Shown here piece by piece: positions 13,071 to 25,520 of a DNA stretch of 63,955 bases (positions within the stretch are counted from its first letter, which is position 1; every line of letters starts with the position of its first letter). The notes under the pieces were generated by a model that was not told where the DNA came from, did not search any database, and saw nothing but the letters and a program-made list of their open reading frames with translations. The position numbers and the translations under genes were made by a program. Source of the DNA: Octopus bimaculoides (Eukaryota); the NCBI RefSeq assembly GCF_001194135.2, contig NC_068989.1, positions 68,511,710-68,575,664 on the forward strand. Reading direction: 5' to 3'.

Positions 13071-13711
13071 TATAGGTTTAGATTTCTCGAAATTGATTGG
13101 AATACAGTATTTTGCGATCTTTTATTAATAAAACCATTGCTGAACTCATTGTTTCAATTATTTTTGTAGACTGCTTGGTGACTTGCTACAAGGTGGAAAC
13201 GCCTTAATTCCAACGAGGACAAGTGACTAAATAAATAAATTCATTTCTCATACCTCAAGACTTTTATGGTTTATACAATCTTTATGAAATAATTTCTTCG
13301 ATCCGATCTCCTGAATTTCAGCTGCATAGAACTCTACATTATACTCCACCGTTTTGGATTAGTATGTGACTTTCTAGCCATCTCCACAAGAATCCATATA
13401 TTACACTAAAAATTTATGCATATATATGTGTGGGTGTATGTGTGTGTGTATCTATGTATGCTTGTATGTATGTATGTATGTATGTATGTATGTATGTATG
13501 TGTTTTTAGAGACACAATTAATTTCCACTTTCATTTGCTTAATTCAATGACCAAATAAATTTCGGGCACAATCGAAGATTTTCTATAGGTTTAGATTTCT
13601 CGAAATTGATTGGAATACAGTATTTTGCGATCCTTTATTAATAAAACCATTGTTGAACTCATTGTTTCAATTATTTTTGTAGACTGCTTGGTGACTTGCT
13701 ACAAGGTGGAA
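13071..13711 (+). repeat. 128-bp direct repeat pair (13071-13198 and 13584-13711)
   Basis: tataggtttagatttctcg...gctacaaggtggaa occurs twice with 2 mismatches; no N-gap between the copies. Confidence 0.9.
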
Positions 13712-13798
13712 TTAGATTTCAGATTTAAAATAATGAAGCACTCATTTGGAAAATTTGGTACCCAAGGGATAATTAAAGTTTTATTTCAGTGGAGACAG

Positions 13799-13799
<1 letters not shown>

Positions 13800-13850
<51 letters not shown>

Positions 13851-13869
13851 ACAAGGAAGATGACGAAGA

Positions 13870-13952
<83 letters not shown>
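13800..13952. repeat. (GAT)n and (AGT)n microsatellites
   Basis: Directly visible; gives the poly-D/poly-S ORF 13610-13999. Confidence 0.95.
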
Positions 13953-13956
<4 letters not shown>

Positions 13957-14360
13957 TAACGAAGTGTTAACTGAGGTGAGAAACGGAGAGAGATGTTAGG
14001 AAAAAAAAGTAGTGATAATGTAATTAGATTCTTATATATAGATTTTGTTTGTTTAAATTACGAGAAAGAAATCTTTGTAAAGTTGATTGGTTATTCCGAG
14101 CTGTGATTCACAGAAAACTAAAAGAAAAACTAGTTACAAATTAATTTAAAAGAAGNNNNNNNNNNNNNNNNNNNNNNNNNNNNNNNNNNNNNNNNNNNNN
14201 NNNNNNNNNNNNNNNNNNNNNNNNNNNNNNNNNNNNNNNNNNNNNNNNNNNNNNNNNNNNNNNNNNNNNNNNNNNNNNNNNNNNNNNNNNNNNNNNNNNN
14301 NNNNNNNNNNNNNNNNNNNNNNNNNNNNNNNNNNNNNNNNNNNNNNNNNNNACATATGTA

Positions 14361-14420
<60 letters not shown>

Positions 14421-15439
14421 TATACATATGTATATACATATATATATACATACTTACATACATATTTACACATACGTATATAGGCATCTATATAGATGAA
14501 TAGACACATAGACAAATACAAATAGATAGATAGATAGGTAGATAGATAGATTTAAATATGTGTATAGATATACACTCATATACATACGCACGTGTATATC
14601 AAGATTAAGATGTAAAGGTATATGTATATATATATATGTATGTATGTATGTATGTGTGTATATTTATATGTGTGTGTATGTAAATATATATATGTATGTA
14701 TATATATATATATATATTTACATATATATATATATATACATGTATATATATAATATTTGTATGAATATGTGTATGCGTATATATATATACATACGCGAAT
14801 AATTGAGATATATCACAGAGTGGCCAGTGACATATATTTGAAAAAATACTGGTATATCATAAATTCTCCATACACCATAAATTCTCCATTTATTAAAATT
14901 ATCTCCGCCTGGATAACGTGCCATAATTACCAAATGACAATTTAGGAGTAAGCCACCTTCATATGAGAAGGGGAGATAATTTCCAGAATCAAGAATTTTT
15001 CAAAGTTGACATGTCAATAAGCGTTATGTCCCGCATTATGACAACGTATTTCGTCTTTTCTGCGGGACTGGCCCGAACAGCGTACCTCGCTAACTGTATT
15101 TCTTTATTTGGCTCATAGGCCATGATACAGAGGAGGACGGCACAAGGACAGTCAGAACACCACAGTGGGGACAAAAAACATAAAACGAATGAATGAGAGA
15201 TGGATAATAATTAAATGACGATGTTGTGGCTGCTTGAACCCCACTCTCAAGCAGCACCATTAACTGTTTTAATACAAAGTTTCTATATCATTTTTTTCCT
15301 TCTTTTTTTCTCCTTTTTTTCCTTGGTGTATCGTATGTGTAGTCTTTAAAAAATTTTGAAAGCTTATTCACGTTTTACCATTTTATATATGGCAACAAGT
15401 CGTCGTAATCTACAACTGGCAGTAGGTCGTCAAATTCTA

Positions 15440-15985
15440 CCTCACTCCCACTGGGTCCACCTTGTCTCCAAACCATTCCTCCAGTTTTTCGTATCTCTCT
15501 CTATCCATCACCATAGCCCCCTTTTCGCCGGCCACCTCCGTAAATGGTACTTCCACTTTCGTGCATTTTTCATTTTCCAGGTCCGCCACCTCGGCACCCT
15601 GCTCTTGTTGGCTTTCCTCGTTTTTATTTTCTCTCTGGGAACACTATATTCTAATATGTCCTTTTTCGCCGCATTGTTAACAAGTTGATGGCCTTCCTTC
15701 TACCACCACTCTCAACCTTATGTCCTCTGGTAGTATTATTTCTTCAGCAATTTTATTTAGATCTTGTCCGACCTGGATGACTATTTCTAGACCGTATCCC
15801 AACAATTTACTGTCTTTGTCCTTGTCACCTTTAGAATTTGGCGTCTTCCTCAGTTTTGTGCATTCCGGCTGCTAACAACCACGCTTCTTTTATTTCTGAT
15901 GATACTCTACCTATTCTCACTCTGACAACCCTTTTGCCGCAGTAGGTAGGTAAGAGTACCCATTTTTCCGTCTTCAGCGTCACAG
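15440..15985 (-). mobile_element. Non-LTR retrotransposon ORF1 (gag-like) remnant with CCHC zinc knuckle
   Basis: Minus strand reads ...IILPEDIRLRVVVEGRPSTC*QCGEKGHIRI*CSQRENKNEE...; the C-x2-C-x4-H-x4-C knuckle is at 15641-15682 with two in-frame stops. The upstream frame gives TLKTEKWVLLPTYCGKRVVRVRIG. Confidence 0.75.
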
Positions 15986-16176
15986 TGGAGTGATTTATTA
16001 CCGGGAAATTTCTTAACTCAAAGGGTCGTGTCGCTTTGTAAGCGGCCGGCTTAAACTTTCATAAGAAGAACTTACATAAAGCTCAAAGAAAAACATGTGC
16101 GAGTACGTATGTGTGTATGTATATGTATGTACACACATACGCACACACACGTGCGTGGGCATACACACGCACACAC

Positions 16177-16219
<43 letters not shown>

Positions 16220-16640
16220 TATATATATAATATTATGCAATATAATATAATATATATATATGAATTATTTTTCTTAAGTATTTATTTGATGTTATAAAAT
16301 AAATGATACCATCGCCTTTGCGCGCCTTCTGGGATAAAATTACATCAATTTACATTTTTCTTACAAACCACAGAGTGTCAATGACCGACTTGTAGATAAA
16401 GAAATGAATTGATTTTTATCAAAACAACAAAAGAATGAAATAGAAATAAGTAAAACAGTGTGTATTCAGGAATATATTTATGAGTGTATGTGTTTGTATA
16501 TGTTATGTATGTACTTGTATTCATACATTCATATGTGCTAAGATATTATATGTGTTTGTATGTATATATGTATATCTATAAAAAATTAACAGAATGAGAC
16601 AAAAATCCAAGACTGTGAAAGATTTTAGCACATTTACAAA

Positions 16641-16695
16641 GAGGTCTTAGAGCTGTTTCCGGAATATTTTACATATCCCTTCATCGGAGACGGTG
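16641..16695 (-). other. Decayed Penelope-type hammerhead-ribozyme-like motif
   Basis: Minus: GUCU CCGAUGA aGGGAUAU-guaaa-AUAUUCCg GAAA C AGCU C U A AGAC; helices I and II pair but the core carries substitutions. Confidence 0.55.
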
Positions 16696-16819
16696 CGAGA
16701 AAATAGTTAATCACTAGTTATTCTAGAGACGATATGAAATAGGGAGTGAAGTGGAGGAATTAAAACAGACGTGTGATATGCAGGGATATTGTATCTGCAG
16801 TTCCATATATCTATGTATA

Positions 16820-16880
<61 letters not shown>

Positions 16881-16884
<4 letters not shown>

Positions 16885-17168
16885 TGTATGGTTTAGTGGC
16901 TAGAGTGTTGCACTCATGATCTAACGACCGGGATTTCAATTCCTAGACCGGGTGATGCGCTGTGATCTTGAGCAAAACACTTCATCTCACGTTGCGCTGC
17001 GATCACTTCGACACCTGATGTATGATACACCATGCACCTGTTTAGACAACAGCGATTTGAGAGGGAGAGAGTGAGCTAATGTGCAGCACATACATTTGAT
17101 CACTATAGACAACTCATTTGTGCAGGTAGTTCAACAAAAGCTGAACGCTCATGAGTCGTTTTCGATGG
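16881..17168 (+). mobile_element. SINE family C-related copy (subtype with different 3' end)
   Basis: tggtttagtggctagagtgttgcac tRNA-like head; tgtgatcttgagcaaaacacttcat core; homologous to 23288-23485. Confidence 0.8.
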
Positions 17169-17199
17169 GAGAGTCCATTATATATACTTTTTACTCAGC

Positions 17200-17527
17200 C
17201 TGATGTGTGTGTGTGCACGTGTGTATGTGCGTGTGCGTGTGTGTGCATGTGTGTGTGCGCGTGTGCGTATGTGTATGTATATATATATATATACATATAT
17301 GTATGTATGTGTGTGTGTTTGTATGTCTGTGTTTGTCCCCCCAACATCGCTTGACAACCGATGCTGGTGTGTTTATGTCCCCGTAACTTAGCGGTTCAGC
17401 AAAAGAGACCGATAGAATAAGTACTAGGCTTCCAAAGAATAAAGAATAAGTCCTGGGGTCGATTTGCTCGACTAAAAGGCGGTGCTCCAGCATGGCCACA
17501 GTCAAAAGACTGAAACAAGTAAAAGAG
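17200..17527 (+). mobile_element. SINE family A 3' half preceded by a (TG)/(TA) array
   Basis: ttgtccccccaacatcgcttgacaaccgatgctgg...gcatggccacagtcaaaagactgaaacaagtaaaagag. Confidence 0.9.
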
Positions 17528-18199
17528 TAAACGAGTATACATGTATGTATGTATTCTCTAAAAGTTTCCAATGTGTGTAAATACGTGACTGTTCGGTTTG
17601 ATGCAACTGAAGATCGACGTTTTGGTTTGAAATTCAATTAACGTACTAGAAATGTAGAAAAAATGTCTAAAAGCTTTCACTAGTACAAAACACTGGTGTA
17701 ATAGGGTGGGAAAAAACACCAAAATAACTTTGTCAGATTTTATTTATTTATTTATTTGCTTACTTATTTGCTTATTTATTTGCTAATTTATTTGCTAATT
17801 TATTCGTTTTTGCTTTGCATATCACTTTTTCTTTTGAGATAGAGATAAATAAAAAACAAATAAGTTTCTTATAAAATAAACAATAGATGAAGACTAATGA
17901 AAATTTAAAACAGTTGATTCTTGTCTAAAAATTTTATAAGTTGTACGGGACTATATGAAGTTGATACTTTCATACATTTCCCGAGCGAATGATTCTTAAT
18001 ACTGATATATTTAAATACAAGCTTAGATATGTTCAGTAAAATGTAAAATCTGTAAGAGTACATGGGAATAAGTGAGGTTCAGCCTTACAGGCACATTTCC
18101 TAAACAGTTGATTGAAAGAAAATGACATTTTTTAATACATGTTTATTAAAGTTTAAAATATCATACAAATCATCTGAAATCTGGTATAAGCTACGTAGC

Positions 18200-19690
18200 A
18201 AAAAATTAGAGATCGAGCAACGAATGGGTCAAGGGTGCCTGGATGGTAGAAGTAAGAGACCATCTGACACCGAAGAACAGAACCCTTTATAGAAACGCTA
18301 ATAGAAAAAAAAACAAAGCGAGAAAAAACAATATAACTGTGACTCAGGGGCTAGAGCGTAACTGGTAATGACTGAATGCCAATTAATTGAGTGGCCCTTC
18401 TGTGAATGCGATCCGAGATATGTGTGCGCAACAGCAACGCCATTCCAGCTGTAGGCGCAGTACTCCATCAAATTCTTACTTTGATCCTTATAGAGTGTCA
18501 AAAGTTATGGGGATGAAATATTTTCTGGTCCTAAAGAGAAGGACCAGTCATTAGGACACTGCCCTGGCTATACTAACGATGTGCTTCACCAGGAGAGTTC
18601 CTCGATGATAGTAAACCTAGCATTTGGAACAGCTGTACCTCTTATGTTTCGAGATGGTAATACGTGAGTATTTTTTCTTGACATGGGAAGCGCTTGAGTT
18701 GATTTTTTTATTGATGACCTGAAGTTGAAAAGGAAAATGTTCGTGTGGCCAAATTGAAGGAGATTCACAAAGCTTTTGTTTATGGAATCAATGCAGATTT
18801 GGCATGCGTTATCTAATCTACATGTGGATAGTACATATTTGTGGGGTGGATGTTAGGGAGGATTGAAGGATCGTGTCGTCTGTATCGTATAAGTGTGGGC
18901 TTTATTAGATATTTTAGCAAGTAGATCATTGATGTATAGAAGGAAGAGAGAGAGGGAAACAAAACCAAACTCTAAGAAACATCAGAGTTGATTATGCCTA
19001 TGTCAAATAGAGCTCCATGAAAACATACCCCGATTGTGTGATCGGTTAAGAAGCTGCCGGTTTAAAACATGGAAGACGTTTTCATTGGCGATTTACATGC
19101 CAGACACGATGGAAACTTTTGTTAATGTCTACAGCAACATCATTACTCACACCCAACTTCTCTCAAATGAAAGCTCACTGATGAGTTGTATAAGAGAGTG
19201 GGTAGCCAGTAGAGCTGGCTCTGTGGAAGCCGAACAAATGGTTATTGAAAAGAGTGGTGGGTTCAAGGTTTGATTGAGAATGCCTTTGTTAGTAGCTACC
19301 GTCATTATCTTTGAAATGTTAGAGGTAAGAGAAATAGAACAACGGTTGGCTGGATCAGAGATGTTGCCCTGCTATACGTCGTTATTGCTAGCATTTAGAG
19401 TAAAAAGTCGAGAAACAATGAGAGTGGCGTCTGCTTGCGCCAGACACAAAATTTTGGAGTAAAATTTCAGTAAAGAGTGTATCTTGGACAAATGACATGA
19501 TTGTAAATAGTAGTTAAGAAATATGGGTCTCAGTGAGAAATAGGATATGAGGTTTTCACGTAAAAGATGAAGTCTCAGTTGAAAAAAGTCCTGCGATGTT
19601 TGAGAAGAATGCAAAATAATAGTCAATTGGCTTGATCTGATCTGGATTGTAGGGAAGCCTGTTATTTAAATGCTTGTATTATTATTTAAT
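18200..19690 (-). mobile_element. Degenerate CR1/Crack-like LINE ORF2 (reverse transcriptase) remnant
   Basis: Minus-strand motifs QGNISDPANRCSISLTSNISKIM (cf. KGDxSxPxNYRPISLTS), DINKSFHRVWH at 19097-19129 (cf. DISKAFDRVWH) and LYKDQSKNLMEYCAYSWNG (cf. LYKAQVRPxMEYCSHIW); many stops and frameshifts. Confidence 0.8.
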
Positions 19691-22239
19691 TAGGTGTAGG
19701 TGTGCGGAACAGTAAGCCAAATGGTATCGGTTATAAATTTAAGGGTGGAATCTAATCGCTAACACTAAACTATTTAGAACAGTAACCATTTTATCATTTG
19801 CAAGTAGTGCTTAATGAAACGAAATGCAACATTAATCTATTAATCTAAATATGATCAAAATATGATCAAAATACAAAACTAATTTTAGCCACATATTAAA
19901 AGCTAAATACGAGTTATATCTCTTGTATACTGATGGGTTCACTTCATTCGATCATAAGCAGAAAATAATGACTTCTTGCAGTGACAGGGACTCAGAATGT
20001 ATTGTCATGTAGCAATATGGTAGACACAATCTGCTGCGGGAATTCATTTTTCGCTTTCGCTCTGTAGAAATATTATTGAAATCTGAAAGGGACTTAAGTC
20101 ATTTATATATCATTTGAAAGTATTCTTTAATTCTTTAATACTTTATTAATCGAATGAAATGAGTTTGGAATATATAGACAGATGGTGCTTGTCCGACTAT
20201 AATTTGACTTATTAATGGTTTGGGAACCACTGATCTAGACCTTAGGTACTTTTTAATACCATCACCTAATGTACCGCTCCCATCAGACAATTGGATATTT
20301 TAGCAAAGTCCACTTTGTGGCAAGCATTCGGGATAGGTCTTCAGTTTCAGGATACCTTCCGCTCGAACCCAGAATCTCATGGATGTGAAGTAAACTTTAT
20401 AACCACACAGAGATAAACATACTTTTTGCATATTCTTTTTACCTGACGAGTCTTTTATATGTCTATTCGGGTTTACGAATATTTGGAGATAGTAATTTAA
20501 TGTAGTACCACTGTTCAGCTTTGGTATCACGTTATTACGACTTAATTCTCTGTAGCCAGTATAAAAAAGCAAGGTTTAACATCGTTATTAAGTAAAGGAT
20601 TTAACATAGAGTTAACTTACAAAGAGCGTTGACTGAATAACCGAAGCTCCATATCCTATTAGCAGCACAGCTCTCTATCATACTTGAGTTACATATCTTC
20701 TGATGCTCGAATTGGCCGAGTCAAGAGTGCGTGCTAAATTATCGTTCAAAGGAAAAATTATTCATATCATTTTACTGCGTATAATACGTTTACACTTACT
20801 GCTTCAATCTATCTTGAATATATAGCATATGATTATAAGAAGCAAGGTAACTACACAATTAACGTCTAAACCGTTATCTTAAACAGCTGTATTTGTATTC
20901 TACGTGTCTGTAGAAATCAATCAATTTGAAACTGCCTTAATACTCAGATCAGATTTTTGCCAGTAGATTTGAGCAAATATCTGAACTGGACAGCACTTCA
21001 TTCCTCAGTAAACTGATCAAGCATAGAAATATTGTATTTGTAATTATCTTAAGTGAGTACTAAAGATTCTACGGCTACAGTGAGGATGGAAATACTTTTT
21101 AAGTACCGGTAGAGAATATATGATCACCACATGCTATTATTGTTATTTAAAGCTGCGCTGAAAGAAATAAATCTAAAGTTTTAGATACTTCTTTTTCTCG
21201 CCTTTTCTTAAAGATTCTTAACTAACGTATTTCCGTTGATTGAGATGAGATTTATTTAACGTGATTGTTCTTTTAGAATGTGTTTTAGCAAGGAAATCAA
21301 TTTCTCAATCACTTCTTTCATTACTGTTCTCTTTGCGAAATTCAATTGTAGCGTAAAACAGAGTTGATGTCTTATAACGCAAAGACATTTTCAAACATCA
21401 AACATAGTTACAGTTACAACAAAAGCAATTGAGTGGCAAAACAGAGGCATCAGAATGGCGACCAAATGCTTTGCAGTATTTAGTTCTTTCTCTCTCCTTT
21501 GTAAGTTCATGTACCGTCACAGCTGACTTTGCCTTTCATCCCATGTCTAGTATTATTGGATTGTAGATTCCCATATGGCGTCTTCGTGATAGTCCCGCAG
21601 CTAAAACAGTTCTTTTTCTTTTACTTCCGTTTTAAAATAAACATCCCCAAATTCTCATCAACATATACATTCTCCCCCCCCCCCCCCNNNNNNNNNNNNN
21701 NNNNNNNNCCCCCACCTCTCTCTCTCCGACTGTTTCTTTACGTTAGCAAAAATTTCTTGATGAATCGCTTCTTATGAGTTCATTTGATTTATTGTTTACT
21801 TCGATAGAATTTATTTCTTACAAAGAAAGGAATTCTTTCGGCTCTGAGCTGCATTTATTTTCTTTGAAAATTGGTTTGTTTCGTTTCGTTAAAAAATTAC
21901 CCCTTCTTTTTATTTATTTATTAGTTTTTTCGATTCTCTATATTAACGACCTGCAACAAATCGAGTTTCCTTCTAGTATACGAGGTAATTTTTGTTCACG
22001 TGTTACTTTTCCCTGCTGGCTTTCACGTGTTTATTTTTAAAATAACATTTTATGTTCTTTACGATGTTGTGGAAATGTACCGCGTTATTTCTCACAGTAC
22101 ATATTTTCTATATTGTCTTGTGCTTTGATATAAATTCAATTTTTTTTTTCATGTGTAGTCAGCTTCTCATGCAATATAATAATGTCAATTATTCATAGAG
22201 TAACATTTTGTTCAACCAATCTAATAAGTAGCGAACTTC

Positions 22240-23077
22240 AGTTTGTCCCTTGTGCATATGCATTCGTTAGGGACCTGGCACTTCATCGTAGTTCGATGCG
22301 AACTTGCGGTGAGACAGGTTGTATTTTGTGTACTTGAGACAACCCTGAAAGAAAATAACCAAAAAACGCACGAAAGCGGCAGAAAGTTGCAGGAAGATAT
22401 ACACTGTGTATGGAGAGGTTGCTGTTACGGAACATGAATACCAGGAATGGTTTTCAAGATTTCGATAAGGAATGGATTGTAAAACGCAAATGATCATGGG
22501 GAAAGTGCGGCAACCACCACAAACAACCTCCAAAACAGGCCTTGACGCCAAGAAGATTATGCTTTAATTGGGTGGGATAGAAGGATTTTGTCTTTTACAA
22601 GCTTCTTCTCCCATCAATTTGGATATGTATTGTGATCAGCTGAACAAATAACCCAGCGATCCACCAGAAGCGTCCAGCACTTGCTAATCGTAAGGGCATT
22701 GTCTTTCATCTCAATGCCAGACTGCACACTCCTTTGCAAACGCGACAGAAGTTATTGGGGTTTGGCTGAGAAGTTTGCCACACCGACCATATACGCCCGT
22801 CCTTGAGATTTCCGCCTGTTTCGGTCTCTTCAAAATTCATTGAATGGACAGACCTTCAAATCTGAAGCGAATGTAAAAATTTACCTGGAAGAGTTTTTCA
22901 CCAGCAAAGACAGAAGGTTCTTCGAGCAAGGAATAATGGACCTGCTCACAAGATGGCAGAAGATACTGAAACGAAACGGCAATGATATCATTGATTGAAC
23001 ACGTCGCTTTGTGCTTAAAACTTGTGTCTTATTTTCACTAGAAAAGAAAAACGAACGGACTTTTTGGCCAAGCCAAT
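22240..23077 (+). mobile_element. Mariner (DD34D-type) transposon remnant with internal deletion
   Basis: YGEVAVTEHEYQEWFSRFR, HQKRPALANRKGIVFH, DFRLFRSLQNSLNGQTF...GIMDLLTRWQKILKRNGNDIID*; 3' TIR-like cgaacggactttttggccaagccaat at about 23047-23077. Confidence 0.9.
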
Positions 23078-23287
23078 CATTCGTGTACTTCGCAATAAGA
23101 TTCGAAATTTAAATACTGTAACGGATTCTTAGTCTAACATTATTTTTATGAAGAAAAATTACAATTAGTAAAAATATTTACTCATGTATCTAATAGCCAC
23201 ATTTCCTCTTGGATTTCCTCTTGGATTTGTTGCTACTAAAGAAAAATCTGAACAGTTTTCTTCAATTCTGTATTTTACTTTATAACT

Positions 23288-23485
23288 GAAGACATGTGAC
23301 TTGGTGGTTAGGATGTTGCACTGCCGATCGCAAGATCTTCGTTTCGATTCCTAGAGGTGCGTAGTGTTCTTGAGCAAAACACTTCATTGTACTGCGATCA
23401 CTTCGACACCTGACGTGTCGATTTGAGGGAGAGAGTGAGATCATATACAAACAGTTTTTCCCTATAAACAAATCATTTGTGCTGA
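23288..23485 (+). mobile_element. SINE family C-related copy
   Basis: Homologous to 16881-17168 (gtttcgattcctaga, gtgttcttgagcaaaacacttcat, gcgatcacttcgacacctga). Confidence 0.8.
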
Positions 23486-23594
23486 TTTCTCAGCTAGGTT
23501 ATAGTTAACTTTATAGTCCATATATGTCAAGAATAAATATACAGTACTCATGACCTTTAAAATGAATTTTATATATTTATGAAATAGATAAGAC

Positions 23595-24060
23595 GGCGAG
23601 CTGGCAGAACTGCTTGCGTGCCGAGCTAAATGCTTTGCGGCATTTCGTCCCGTCTTTACGTTCTAAGTTCAAATTCCCCGAAGTCGGCCTTACCTATCAT
23701 CCTTTCGGAGTCAACCATGCCTATCGTCCTTTCGGATCGATAAAATAAGTATCGGTTGAACACTGGGGTCTATCCTTAAAATACCTCTCCCCTAAAATAA
23801 CTGGCCTTGTGTCAGAATTTGAAACCGGCATCTATGAAGTAGATAAGGTGGTGAGCTGGCATAATCGTTACCGCACCGGACAAAATGTTTAGCAGCATTT
23901 CTTCCGACTTTACGTTCTGTGTTCAAATGCGTCCTGTGTCGACTTTGCTTTTCATCTTTTCGGGGTTGATAAAATAAGTACCAGTTGATTATTGAGATCA
24001 ATATAATTGACTAGCTCCCCCTCTCCGAAATTGCTGGCCTTGTGCCTAAATTTGAAACCA
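23595..24060 (+). mobile_element. Two head-to-tail SINE family B copies (23595-23828; 23847-24060)
   Basis: Each has a gagctggca head, a gttcaaat B-box, the ctttcgg...gataaaataagta core and a ctggccttgtg...tttgaaacc tail. Confidence 0.9.
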
Positions 24061-25334
24061 ATATTTATGAATTAGATTGTGTTAGTTGTCAGAATCTTTA
24101 GAGACTCAGATAGAATGCCATACGCTAAGTCTTCAGCTTCACCTTTTATACTTTCGAGATTAATAAATAAAGTAATTGACCAGCGTAATAGATTACGGGG
24201 TACATTAGAGTATCGCAAGAGTTACTGCGTGGTATTCATTCCGCTTTCTTGTATTTTAACGTCATTATGTCTGACGACACTAGTGTTAACTGTATTGGCT
24301 GTTGGACAAGATCTGTGACATGGAAAAGGAGAAATTCATTCATAAACAACTATTGATCTTCAGTAAAAAATATCTTGCCGAGGTCTGCACCTCGGGAAGA
24401 AATTCTTTTAAGGTACAGAGGTAACTTAATGCTAGAGGGTGGATAACCTGAAAAGGGGAGCAATCTTTCAGCTACCTATTAAGGCCACCAGGTAATGCAA
24501 ACGCTAAAGTTTGCCATTGCTAATCCATAGAAGCAGGCATACGGGAAACAAGCAACGGCTGACATAAATGCGAACCTAAATGAACGAATGAATTAGTATG
24601 TTGATAAAAAAGTGTTTTGAAAAGATTCTCCGTTAAACTAATATAAATTTTTGATGTAGTGTTAATTTTTAACTACTACTTACTTAGCACACTAAACTAA
24701 GACTTCCAAGATCAATTATCATTGAGATGCCAATTATTTAGATTAATGCAATTTCAGGAATTATAAGACTTAGACTATTAGATTACTATCGCTCAGAAGA
24801 CTTTTCGAGTTGAAATGGTTGAGCTTGTAAAATTTTAACATCAAGAATAATTTCTGTTGAAAATGTTTTGATATCAAAAGAAATTAAATTTAGAAGCTCG
24901 TTGGCAACATTTGAAATTACCACTACCCTCAACGTAGACGACAAAATAAAACCTAACATTCAGTCTCATACGCATCATACTTTACTATTAAATATCCATT
25001 ACTATTAAATATCCGTTGAGTTAACAACCAACAATGTTGGATAAAGAAAACAATGTACTTAAGATATCCATTAATTCACTCTTTATTTTATAAAGACCGA
25101 AACGTCTTTCAAGTCTGGAGGGAAGGCTGTGCTCATTTCTCATTCCAAAGGAGTAGAGACTGATGGGAAGGAGGGAAAAATACCCTTAAAACGAAGACCT
25201 GGCTTGAATGCTTGCAACAAAGTGGGTTACACTAAAGATACTAAAGTATCAAGTGATGGCATTAAACCACCAATGCGGGTTAAGTCCACCAAACAAGACA
25301 TGGCGAAATTTGAACTAAAAATACAAAGATCAGG

Positions 25335-25520
25335 AACAAATACTGCAAACCATCCGGTCCGACATTCTTACAGTCCCGCTAATCTACCGCCTTTAATACT
25401 TAGTCATCGACCCCAAAAGAACGAAAGCTAAAGTTGATCTCGGCAGGATTTGAGCTAAGAGAGTCAGAACAAATACCGCTAAACGTTTTCCAACGCTCTA
25501 ATGACTTTGCCCATTCACTG
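25335..25520 (-). mobile_element. Degenerate SINE family B copy
   Basis: tcgaccccaaaagaacgaaagctaaagttgatctcggcaggatttgagct...ataccgctaa. Confidence 0.7.

Noticed and set aside
13610-13999. 129-aa ORF with poly-D, a FLAG-like DYKEDDED and poly-S
   Set aside because: Translation of (GAT)n and (AGT)n microsatellites; the FLAG resemblance is coincidental
20443-20549. Minus-strand exon candidate between tacAG and CAG/GTAAAA
   Set aside because: Short, no recognisable homology, and expected by chance
25105-25120. GAAACGTC hammerhead-like half
   Set aside because: No CUGANGA box upstream
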